Positions 15,338 through 44,553 of a stretch of DNA of 64,000 nucleotides are shown here, piece by piece. The position numbers and the translations under genes are program-made. How positions within the stretch are numbered: position 1 is the stretch's first letter; each line of letters begins with the position of its first letter. The DNA is taken from NCBI RefSeq assembly GCF_009914755.1, contig NC_060925.1; one strand, 5' to 3'. The notes under the pieces were generated by a model. It was given only the letters and a program-made list of their open reading frames with translations. It ran no database searches and was not told where the DNA came from. Source of the stretch: the human T2T-CHM13v2.0 reference genome, Homo sapiens.

Positions 15338-16330
15338 TAAAGTATGTTCCCTAGGAGCAAGGAGATGTTCTTTAGTCAAATAAGTTTGGGTTTTCAGCTT
15401 ACTATATATCCCTTAGGTAGAAGTTTGCAAATGCACGTTAGTATTCTAAAGACTGAGGAGTGGAAGAAACTTGTTTAACTTTGTTCAGCTATGTATTACC
15501 CCAATTTTTTTTTTGAGATGGAGTTTTGCTCTTGTTACCCAGGCTGGAGTGCAGTGGCACCATCTTGGTTAACTGCAACCTCCGCCTTCCAGGTTCAAAT
15601 AATTCTCCTGCCTCAGCCTCCTGATTAGCTGGGATTACAGGCATGCACCACCATGTCTGGCTAATTTTTGTATTTTTAGTAGAGATGGGATTTCACCATG
15701 TTGGCCAGGCTGATCTCGAACTCCTGACCTCAGATGATCCACCTGCCTCAGCCTCCTAAAGTACTGGGATTACAGGCATGAGCCAGTGTGCCTGGCTATA
15801 TTACCCAAACTTATTTGGTTGTGGAACCCCTTTTTTCCACGTAGGCCTTAGTAATTAACACCCTTTACTGATGTAGGTCAACTTTTACCTGTTTTTTAAA
15901 GTCTCACCCTCACCGTATCCGAGACTTTGAACTCTCAGATGATAGGCCCTGATTACTTCCTGAAGGTGCTCATTCTGCACGTTATTAGAATATTAGCAGT
16001 ATTATTTCTTTTTATATTCAGCCAAAAATCTAGCTTTTTTTCTAGTATATATCCTTTTGCTCTTTTACTCTTTAAAATTACACAGAATAAATAATCACTC
16101 TTAATATCTAAAGATGACAAGACAGTATCCTGTCTCTCCCAGCATAGTGATTAAATTACAGGCTCTAGAGTCAAACTGTCTGGGTTCAAATTTAATTCTC
16201 CTTTCACTTTGTGATCTTGGGCAAGTTAATAACTTCTTTGTGCTTCAGTTTTCTCACCTGTAAAATGGGACTAACAATAATACATCAGTGGGTTAAATAA
16301 ACAGATACATGTAAAGAGCTAAGTACATAG

Positions 16331-23258
<6,928 letters not shown>

Positions 23259-23284
23259 TGTAATAAGCAAATGTTTATTGTTAG

Positions 23285-24415
<1,131 letters not shown>

Positions 24416-24545
24416 TCAGTATAGCATAGAACATGATAATCCCCACTCTCCTTATTCTGGACATTTCTAGTGCAGTTTGAGATTGCATTAGCCTGTTTAC
24501 TGATGATATTTTCTGTGACAGACAATTCAGTAGTTTGGGTCTTTT

Positions 24546-27000
<2,455 letters not shown>

Positions 27001-28404
27001 CTATTTTATTTTTATTTATTAATTTTCTTTTAGTTTAGGTCTGTTAGAGATGATTTAGTTTAGTATTCTAACATTCTAATTTGGTTAGATCTTTCGAATA
27101 CTGATTCTTTGATCCAGCAGATTCAGCTGTCATACTTTTCTTTATATCCATCACATATTTCATTATTGTGCCATAAATGGCCACATCCAAATCATTAATA
27201 AAAATGTTAAACAGGACCAGGCACGGTGGCTCACATCTGTAATCCCAGGACTTCGGGAGGATCACTTGAGCCCAGGAGTTTAAGACCAGCGTGGGCAACA
27301 TAGTGAGACCTCATCTAAATTATTAAAAAAAAAAAAGTTAAATACGATAAGACCAAGAATCAAGCTCTAGGCCATGCAATTGGTGATGTGCTTTCAGATG
27401 GGTAGATATTTATGGTCAACACTATTCAGCCTGTTAAAAATTGACCATATTGAATATGACCCAAATTTCTACCTTTTTTTTAAGACAGGGTCTCACTGTT
27501 GCCCAGGCTGGAGCGTAGTGGCTCAATCACTGCTCACTGCAACCCCCGCCTCCTAGGCTCAAGCCATCTTCCCACCTTGGTCTCCCCAGTAGCTGGGACT
27601 ATAGATGCGCACCACCACACCTAGCTAATTTTTTTTTTTTTTTTTGTAGAGACGGGTTTTCACCATGTTGCCCAGACTGAATTTCTACATTTATTGCTTA
27701 AAAGACAATGAGTATATATCTTTTTTGTTTGTTTGTTTTTTAAGATGGGGTCTCATTCTGTAGCCCAGGCTGGAGTGCAGTGGCATGATCTCGGCTCACT
27801 GCAACCTCTGCCTCCCAGGTTCAAGTGATTCTCCTGCCTCAGCTTCTTGAGTAGTTGGGATTACAGGCATGCACCACCACGTCCAGCTAATTTTTGTATT
27901 TTTAGCAGAGATGGGCTTTTAACACGTTGGCCAGTCTGGTCTTGAACTCCTCACCTCAAGTAATCCACCCGCCTCGGACTCCCAAAGTGTTGGGATTACA
28001 GGCAGGAGCCACTGCGCCAAGCCGACAATGAGTATATATCTTTATACATCTATCTATCTATCTATCTGTTTGCACCGAGCCAACAATGAATATATATCTT
28101 TATACATCTGTCTGCGCCCAGCTGACAATGAGTGTATATCTTTGTCCGTCCGTCCATCCGTCCATCCATCCATCCATCCATCCATCCTTTGCAGACATGC
28201 ACTAGACCAAGGCTAACAAGGCATTGAGGCAGAAAAGGAAATGAAGCTATTTGGCTATAGATGATTGCTGCTTTCCTTTCTAAGTAAGCACTTGCTTTTG
28301 GCTTTTATCTGCCAGTAATCAGCTGGGTGATCTTGGAAAAGTGACTCAGCCTTTCAGGATTTGAGATTCTTAGCAGTAAAATAATATGATTGGGAAGTTT
28401 GTAG

Positions 28405-28625
28405 AGACAAAGCAGAATGGTGTCTGTCAGAAGCTATGGGGAAGGGGAGATGGGGATCAGTGTTTAATAGGTAGAGAGTTTCAGTTTGGGAAGATGAAAA
28501 ATTTCTGAAGATGGTTGGAGGTAATGGTTGCACAACTGTGTGGACATATTTAATGCCACCAAATTGCACACTTTTAAAAATAGCTAAAATGGTAAATATG
28601 TGTATTTTACCACAATAAAAAAAAA
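28405..28625 (+). mobile_element. L1MB-type 3' end fragment
   Basis: GGTAGAGAGTTTCAGTTTGGGAAGATGAAAAATTTCTGAAGATGG...TTTTACCACAATAAAAAAA. Confidence 0.8.
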
Positions 28626-30619
28626 TCCAGAAAATAAGAGTAGGCTGGTATTGAACAATAGTAACAATAATGTTAAGGGACCCCACTGCCTTTCTTGTTT
28701 TTAATTATATAAATATAATAAAAAACTCATATCAGACTTAGTGGTGAAATACTGAAAGAATTTTTATTAAAGTCAGAAACAAAAGAAAATGTCCACCTTC
28801 ACCATTTTCAGAGGAACTATCAGTGTAATTAGACAAGAAAGAAAGAGATCACTAGAAAAAGGCAAGTGGTTTGGTGGAGGGGCCTCATTGAGATCTTTCA
28901 ATATGAATTAGAGAAAAGGAAGGGGAAGGATAATAGGACCCCTGAACAGTCTGTGAGGGAGTTTTGTGTGTATACATGCATGTGTGTGTATATAGAAGGG
29001 AACAGAATAAATCAGTTGAGACCTGGGGGAAAATATGATTGAATTAGATGGCCCGCAGAATCACCACTGAGAATAGGTAAATGGGAGATAGAAGGCAAAT
29101 TTATGGGATGTATGTATCTGAACTTTTCTATATGCTGCTTCAATCAGAGCACTTTTCTGTGAGCTCCTATTGGGATTCTGCTGTTAATAGAGGTTTTGCT
29201 GTTAAGAGTTTAGAACCATTGGCTTAGAACTCTGGATTCTTCTGACAGAAAAGTTTACTATTTCAGGTTCAATTCAATAGTGATCAGCATAGTTCCTAGA
29301 ACGTGGCAAAGTGATTGAAATTGTCAGAACAATCATTGAAGAGATGGGCATATAAATAATAACAGCAAATTTGTCTTCTAGACTGTGTCATCAATTATTG
29401 GAGGATTGGAAGCATATCTTGTATCCTACTTAGCTCCTCTTCTTTGACTCTCCTGCTATTTGTGCTCTGTTTTAATGCCCTCTGTTCTTTGAAGCAACAG
29501 TAGTTACATGGAAAAAGGGGTGAGTTTGCATACCGTCACACTTTGGTATGCAGTAGAAGTGCCTTCTTCATATTTCCATTTTGTCACACAGAATATTAAA
29601 AAGACTTTACTCGAGTTGAGATTTAACAAAGTTAATAATTTTTATTGCTTCATCAGTCAAGTGAAACTGACGTTTTAGAACAACTGAGAGTGCATGGCAG
29701 TGAAGAATAAGACTACCAGTATAGTTTGGTATTGCTGCCTTGATTATTGCTAAGGTGCAAGCAGTTCTACCCATCATTGCTATTGTGCTTTCACTACAGT
29801 TGTCAACATGGTGAAAAGGGCATACATACTAAGATGTGGATTCCCGCGAGTCTGTGGACTACAATTTGAGAACCACTGGAGTAATCTGAACTCATCCCAT
29901 TTTTAGTTTGAATGTTGCAACCTGCACTTTACCTCATAAGATTACCTAGCCTGTTTAAAAGTTTTTATAAATTCAACAACCTGGTTAGATAAACTCTATT
30001 GAGTGTTTAACTGACTTAATCATTTTAAAATGTTTTAATAATACAGGGCTTAATCTATATCCTTCATGATTTTTCATCTGAACACTTTATTGTTTGCTTA
30101 TATATACTAATTCTACCCTGATGATTAAAAAAAAAAGTTTTAGGCTGGGTGCGGTAGCTTATGCCTGTAATCCCAGCGTGAGGAGGCCAAGGTAGGAGCA
30201 TTGCTTGAGCCCAGGAGTTCGAGACCAGCCTAGACAACATCTTGTCCCATCTCTACAAAAAACAAAAAAGTCAGGCATGGTGACACGCACCTGTAGTCCC
30301 AGCTGGAGGCTGAGGTGGGAGGATCACCCGAGCCTGGGGAGGTCAAGGCTGCAGTAGCTGTGATAATGCCACTGCACTCCAGCCTGGGTGACACCAGATC
30401 TTAAGAAGAAAAAAAAGTTTTAAGGCTTACATTTCATGCTTATTTACTCTGAACAAATCTTTTTAAAAAATGTATCAATTGATCTTTATAAAAAATAATT
30501 CCCATTAGCAGAATAAAGATTATGTATTGAATATGATTCCAATATAATTTAAAAAGTTTTGCAAAAGGAGTCATAAAAAGAAATGTCTGCTTCATTAAAG
30601 TTGCATATTAATACAAACA

Positions 30620-31480
30620 CATGGTATCAGTAAGAACTCTGCCATTGTCAGGATTGCTATAGTTTAGGCCTCTTGTTTCTAAGTCCTCAGGCAGCTGCAG
30701 TTGCTCTGTATATCACATTACATAGCTCACCTTCTGTTTCTCATTGAAGAAAAATGAGGCATAGGATGTGCAGTGATCCAATGTTAGGTACTTCCTTGAC
30801 CCCATCAATCTTGGTGGATAAATAAGAAAAATACATTTTAAGCTTTGAAACATGATTTCAAGCACTTGATAGTGTTTCAGCAGTAGTCTTGGTAAGTGGA
30901 CGAAGCCAGTGATTTGGCCTGCCTTGGATGGATAAATGAAATTGCACGTTGCCATGAAGACCCATCTCACTCAACAGCGCATGAGATACATATGAATCCT
31001 CGCCTTGGTAATGTTCTAGAGGTGAATATTAGCATAGATCTAAAAATAACCTACCCTTTTACCCTGATATATGATGCCACCGTCACTTGTAGAGTACAAA
31101 AACGTATACAAATCTTGCCACACTTTGGTTACAGGACACCCACTTCTCAGAAACACCTCATCAGAAAGCACATACAAATCATCAACTGTCATTGCTTTAA
31201 TTTTGATGTGAAGCCAATCAAGAGTACAGTAATACTCTTGATTCTGCATATCCAAACAAAGTCACAGCAACAAGCAGATGAACTGAAGATAACTTCAAGA
31301 GAGCCTTCATGATACCAGGTCCAAAGCAATGACCTCTCAGTGTGCAGACAGCAGAATCACAGTTGATCTTTGGAACATTCAGATCCTGTGAGATGCTTGC
31401 AGCAAAAATCTTTGTTTCTGTAGCTTTTTGGAGAAAAGGCAAATAAATTTAGGATTAGTGAAATATTTTCAGCAGGCTGT
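30620..31480 (+). mobile_element. Putative ancient Penelope-like retroelement relic (linker plus GIY-YIG endonuclease)
   Basis: Frame-hopping + strand peptides in Penelope order: MNPRLGNVL; TCR..YKSCHTLVTG..NTSSESTYK; STVILLI; LQESLHDTRSK; QNHS/DLWNIQIL; FLEKRQI. By-eye match only. Confidence 0.4.
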
Positions 31481-31748
31481 TGAAAGGAGTTAGAAGTAAG
31501 TTGCATTATAGTATTATATGCATTTTGTCATTGTGTAGATCATAGAGTGGTTTCTGTGTGAAATTTGGGGCTTCCTTAGGAGTTAGGAGGGACTGCTTTC
31601 ATTTAGTATACTTCTTATTTAAGAAAACTTATTAAAATCTGTCATAAAGCAAATTTGAAAATAGAAACAAATTAAGTTTGTGTTACAGATTAGATTCCTC
31701 CTCCTCTTCCTCCTCTTCGTCTTCTTTTTTTTTTTTTTTTTTTTTTGA

Positions 31749-32111
<363 letters not shown>

Positions 32112-33754
32112 TGACCTCAGGCTCAAACAAGCCTCCCATCTCAGCCTCCCAAGTAGCTGGGACCACAGACACACACCACCATGCCTGGCTAATTTTTTAC
32201 TATTTTGTAGAGACAAGGTCTTCCTATGTTGTCCAGGCTGGTTTTGAACTCCTGGGATCAAGCAATATTCCTGCCTCAGCCTCCCAGAGTACTAGGATTA
32301 CAGGTATGAGCCACCACGCCTAGCCAGATTAGATTCTTTAAAAGCAAATTCTAGATGAGGTATCAGGTTTCTTTTAATGTATTGAAATTTTGTTGTATTG
32401 ATTTTTGCTGGAAATAAGTGGCAGTTGGCCGACCCTAATATGACCCCCCTGGAAACTCCTTTCCTATCATCTGCTACTCTTTCCCTCCCTTAATCTGTGC
32501 TTTGTTCTTGCTGTCCCTCTGTTTTTAACTACCTTCCTCTGAATTCCCAGATTGCTCCCTGACATCCAGATCTTGATGTGACTCAGTGAGACTTTCTCTG
32601 GCTGCCTAATTTAAAATTGTAACCCCCTAGTCGAGTGCAGTGGCTCATGCCTATAATCCTAGCACTTTGGGAGGCAGAGGCGGGTAGATTGCTTGAGTCC
32701 AGGAGTTTGAGACCAGCATGGGCAACATGATAAAACCCAATCTCTACAAAAAATGCAAAAAAACTAGCCAGACGTGGTGGTACACGCCTGTACTCCCAGC
32801 TTGGGAGGCTGAGATGTGAGGTTCACCTAAGCCCAGGAGGTCAAGGCTGCCATGAGCCATGATTGTGCCACTGCTCTCCAGCTTGGGTGACAGAGTGAGA
32901 CACTGTCTGAATAAAATAAAATAAATTTATAACCCTCAAATTTTCCTCTCTCTTTATTTTTCATCTTAACACGTCATCTAGCATATCATATATTTTACAT
33001 GTTTATCTTGTTGATCATTCATTTCCATCCATTAGAATGTAATCTCTGCGAGGGCTCAGGTTTTGCCTGTTTACTTGCTGTTTCATCTCCAGTGCTAATA
33101 CTCAAATTCAACAACCTGGTTAGATAAACTCCACTGAGTGTTTAACTGACTTAATTATTTTAAAATGTTATAATAATAGAGGGCTTAATCTGTACCCTTG
33201 ATTGTTGAAGGAACACAGTAACCAGGTGCTCAAGTATTGGTTGAGTGAATATTTATATAAATGTGAATTATGTGGAGATTTTTATTGTAATTATGTTGTA
33301 ATGAGATTTGACCCCAAAACTTGCTATTATGAAGTATTTGTACCCTAACTCCTTGCTATCCTCTTATTTTCAACTTGGTCTAGGACTTTAGTAAGCTAAT
33401 ACATTTGTTGAATGGATTTGTCAATCAGTAAGCCTCAATTTTTTCCTGCAGAAATACATTTTCGTTATGTGATGTAACAGTTACATACGTTGGAACAGCC
33501 AAGAATTCGTTTTGACCTTTTGCAGATTTTACTTAAGAAGATTTTGAAAAATTTTATTGCTCTTTTTTAAAAATTCTTCCTATCTTCATTTAATATTCAG
33601 TTCAAAGCTTTTCATGAAGTCTTGTTAGATAATTCTAAGCTGTAATAATTGTTTCCTCTTAGTTTCTATAACATTAATTTATGAACATACTAATATTTGT
33701 AAATCCATTGCATCATTTATTCATTTGACGATACTTATTGACCCATTTACTCTT

Positions 33755-34509
33755 AATTTGCTGGCATATAGTTTTTCATAGTAGCCACTCATGATCCTTT
33801 GAATTTCTTGGTATCAGTAATAATGTCTCCTTTTTCATCTCTGATTTCGTTTGAGTCTTCTTTTTTTCTTAGTCTGGCTAAAGGTTTGTCAATTTTATTT
33901 ATCTTTTCAAAGAAACTGACATTTGTTTCATTGATCTTTTGTATTGTTTTCATTTCAAATTCATTTCTTTTTTCCTTTTAATTTTCAAATTCATTTATTC
34001 TCTGATCTTTATTACTTCTTTTCTTCTAATTTTGGGTTTGGTTTGCTCTTGCTTTTCTAGTTCTTTAAGATGCATCATTAGGTTATTTATTTGAAGGTTT
34101 TTCTTTTTTGATGTAGGCACTTAGAGCTATAAATTGTCCTCTTAGTACTGCTTTTGCTGTATCCCATAGGTTTCGGCATGTTGTGTTTCCATTATTATTT
34201 GTTTCAATAAAATGTTCAATTTCCTTACTGGCCATTCAGGAGTATATTGTTTAATTTCCATGTGTTTGTATAGTTTCCAAAATTCCTCATTATTGATTTG
34301 TAATTTTATTCCCTTGTGGTCAGAGAAGATGCCTGATATTTCCATGCTTTTGAACGTTTTAAGGCTTGTTTTGTGACCGAACATATGGTCTCTACTTGAG
34401 AATGATCCACATGCTGAAGATAAAAATGTATATTCTGCAGTTATTGGATGAAATGTCCTGTTAATATCTATTAGGTCCATGTGTTCTATAGTGCAGATTA
34501 AGTCCGATG
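33755..34509 (-). mobile_element. Older L1 ORF2 (endonuclease region) fragment, resuming at ~40956-41000
   Basis: ORF 34142-34480 reads MDLIDINRTFHPITAEYTFLSSA..FSDHKGIKL; the same L1 text continues after the L1PA3+Alu insert. Confidence 0.88.
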
Positions 34510-34734
34510 GTTTTTTTTTTTTAATTATACTTTAAGTTTTAGGGTACATGTACACAATGTGCAGGTTAGTTACATATGTATACATGTGCCATGCTGGTGT
34601 GCTGCACCCATTAACTCGTCATTTAGCATTAGGTATATCTCCTAATGCTGTCCCTCCCCGCTCCCCCCACCCCACAACAGTCCCCAGAGTGTGATGTTCC
34701 CCTTCCTGTGTCCATGTGTTCTCATTGTTCAATT

Positions 34735-38569
<3,835 letters not shown>

Positions 38570-38617
38570 TTATTTTGCTCTTTAGTTGATGCAGTTTCTT
38601 CCTAGTCTTGATGGTCT

Positions 38618-39625
38618 TTACATTTTGGCATGATTTTGCAGCGGCTGGTACTGGTTGTTCCTTTCCATGTTTAGTGCTTCCTTCAGGAGCTCTTTTAGGG
38701 CAGGCCTGGTGGTGACAAAATCTCTCAGCATTTGCTTGTCTGTAAAGTATTTTATTTCTCCTTCACTTATGAAGCTTAGTTTGGCTGGATATGAAATTCT
38801 GGGTTGAAAATTCTTTTCTTTAAGAATGTTGAATATTGGCCCCCACTCTCTTCTGGCTCGTAGAGTTTCTGCCGAGAGATCAGCTGTTAGTCTGATGGGC
38901 TTCCCTTTGTGGGTAACCCGACCTTTCTCTGTGGCTGCCCTTAACATTTTTTCCTTCATTTCAACTTTGGTGAATCTGACAATTATGTGTCTTGGAGTTG
39001 CTCTTCTCGAGGAGTATCTTTGTGGCGTTCTCTGTATTTCCTGAATCTGAATGTTGGCCTGCCTTGCTAGATTGGGGAAGTTCTCCTGGATAATATCCTG
39101 CAGAGTGTTTTCCAACTTGGTTCCATTCTCCCCGTCACTTTCAGGTACACCATTCAGATGTAGATTTGGTCTTTTCACATAGTCCCATTTTTCTTGGAGG
39201 CTTTGTTCGTTTCTTTTTATTCTTTTTTCTCTAAACTTCCCTTCTGGCTTCATTTCATTCATTTCATCTTCCATCACTGAAACCGTTTCTTCCAGTTGAT
39301 CGCATCGGCTCCTGAGGCTTCTGCATTCTTCACGTAGTTCTCGAGCCTTGGCTTTCAGCTCCTTTAAGCACTTCTCTGTATTGGTTATTCTAGTTATACA
39401 TTTGTCTAAGTTTTTTTCAAAGTTTTCAACTTCTTTGCCTTTGGTTTGAATTTCCTCCTGTAGCTTGGAGTAGTTTGATCGTCTGAAGCCTTCTTCTCTC
39501 AGCTCGTCAAAGTCATTCTCCATCCAGGTTTGTTCCATTGCTGGTGAGGAACTGCGTTCCTTTGGAGGAGGAGAGACACGCTGCTTTTTAGAGTTTCCAG
39601 TTTTTCTGCTCTGTTTTTTCCTCAT
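38618..39625 (-). CDS. L1 ORF1p, open (335 aa, small in-frame deletion in the coiled coil)
   Basis: Uninterrupted ORF with WDYVKRPNL, RRATPRHIIVRF and YPAKLSF motifs. Confidence 0.85.
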   Translation of the reverse strand: MRKKQSRKTGNSKKQRVSPPPKERSSSPAMEQTWMENDFDELREEGFRRSNYSKLQEEIQTKGKEVENFEKNLDKCITRITNTEKCLKELKAKARELREECRSLRSRCDQLEETVSVMEDEMNEMKPEGKFREKRIKRNEQSLQEKWDYVKRPNLHLNGVPESDGENGTKLENTLQDIIQENFPNLARQANIQIQEIQRTPQRYSSRRATPRHIIVRFTKVEMKEKMLRAATEKGRVTHKGKPIRLTADLSAETLRARREWGPIFNILKEKNFQPRISYPAKLSFISEGEIKYFTDKQMLRDFVTTRPALKELLKEALNMERNNQYQPLQNHAKM

Positions 39626-40201
39626 CTTTGTAGTTTTATCTACTTTTGGTCTTTGATGATGGTGATGTACAGATGGGTTTTTGGTGTGGATGTCCTTTCT
39701 GTTTGTTAGTTTTCCTTCTAACAGATAGGACCCTCAGCTGCAGGTCTGTTGGAGTTTGCTAGAGGTCCACTCCAGACCCTGTTTGCCTGGGTATCAGCAG
39801 TGGTGGCTGTAGAACAGCGGATCTTGGTGAACCGCAAATGCTGCTGCCTGATCGTTCCTCTGGAAGTTTTGTCTCAGAGGAGTACCCGGCCGTGTGAGGT
39901 GTCAGTCTGCCCCTACTGGGGGGTGTCTCCCAGTTAGGCTGGTCAAGGGTCAAGGACCCACTTGAGGAGGCAGTCTGCCCATTCTCAGATCTCCACCTGT
40001 GTGCTGGGAGAACCACTGCTCTCTTCAAAGCTGTCAGACAGGGACATTTAAGTCTGCAGAGGTTACTGCTGTCTTTTTGTTTGTCTGTGCCCTGCCCCCA
40101 GAGGTGGAGCCTACAGAGGCAGGCAGGCCTCCTTGAGCTGTGGTGTGCTCCACCCAGTTCGAGCTTCCCGGCTGCTTTGTTTACCTAAGCAAGCCTGGGC
40201 A

Positions 40202-40954
<753 letters not shown>

Positions 40955-41029
40955 CAAGTCTGATGTTTCTTTGTTGATTTTTTGTCTGGGAGATCTGTCC
41001 AGTACATGACCCATGTACTCTCTCAAGAC

Positions 41030-43307
<2,278 letters not shown>

Positions 43308-44202
43308 AAAGTGTCTATTAGGGGGCACAGCTGGCTTCAGCAATTGGAAACAAGATGCAGGACCCCAACGCAGACACTGAATGGAGTGACATCTTACACA
43401 AAAAGGGCATCTTAAAGTCTGAAAGAATTGGAAGAGGAGGCAGAAGATGAGCAGCGCATCCTCCAGCAGTCAGTCGTGACAACATAGGAAGATATGACTT
43501 TGGAAGAGCTGGAGGATCGTGAAGACAAGTTTAATGAGGAGGATGAATGTGCTATTGAAATGTACAGACAGCAGAGACTGGCTGAGTGGAAAGCAACTAA
43601 ATTGAAGAATAAATTTGAAGAAGTTTTGGAGATCTCAGGGAAGGATTATGTTCAAGAAGTTACCAAAGCCAGTGAGGGTTTGTGGGTCGTCTTGCACCTT
43701 TACAAACAAGGAATTCCCCTCTGTGCCCTGATAAATCAGCACCTCAGTGGAGTTGCCAGGAAGTTTCCTGATGTCAAATTTATCAAAGCCATTTCAACAA
43801 CCTGCATACCCAGTTATCCTGATAGGAATCTGCCCATGATATTTGTTTACGTGGAAGGAGATATCAAGGCTCAGTTTATTGGTCCTCTGGTGTTTGGCGG
43901 CATTAACCTGACAAGAGATGAGTTGCAGTGAAAACTGTCTGAATCTGGAGCAATTAAGAGGGACCTGGAGGAAAACCCTAAGAAGCCAGTTGAAGATGTA
44001 TTGCTGTCCTCAGTGCAATGCTCTGTCCCCATGAAGAGGGACAGTGATTCTGAGGGTGACTGAGGCTGCAGCTGCTATCACTTTCTTGTGACAAATTGTC
44101 TGGATTTTTTAAAAAAGGATAAAGTAAGAATGAATTCTTCTGGTTTTTAGTTTTGTACAAATTATGTTTCAAATCTTTACATTTTAGAAATAATCATTGC
44201 TG

Positions 44203-44509
44203 GGCCGGGCGCGGTGGCTCACGCCTGTAATCCCAGTGCTTTGGGAGGCTGAGGCAGGCAGATCACCTGAAGTTGGGAGTTCGATACCAGCCTTACCAAC
44301 ATGGAGAAACCCTGTCTCCACTAAAAATACAAAAATAGCCGGGCGTGGTGGCGCATGCCTGTAATCCCAGTTACTCAGGAGGCTGAGGCAGGAGAATCAC
44401 TTGAACCTGGGAGGCGGAGGTTGCAGTGAGCTGAATCACCCCATTGCATGCCAGCCTGGGCAACAAAGAGCAAAACTCCGTCTCAAAAAAAAAAAAAAAA
44501 AAAAAAGGT
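44203..44509 (+). mobile_element. AluSp-like element in the PDCL3 retrocopy 3'UTR
   Basis: ACCAACATGGAGAAACC diagnostic; TSD AGAAATAATCATTGCTG at 44186-44202 and 44510-44526. Confidence 0.9.
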
Positions 44510-44553
44510 AGAAATAATCATTGCTGGAAATTCTGTTAAATATTTTGGAACTC

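Noticed and set aside
30896-31312. 138-aa ORF as a host coding exon or novel protein
   Set aside because: It starts at GTG, has no convincing splice sites, and its motif-like pieces are spread over different frames; better treated as a decayed element.
43494-43931. 145-aa PDCL3 ORF as a functional retrogene
   Set aside because: There is an upstream frameshift and stop, a premature TGA and scattered substitutions; nothing in the sequence indicates selection.
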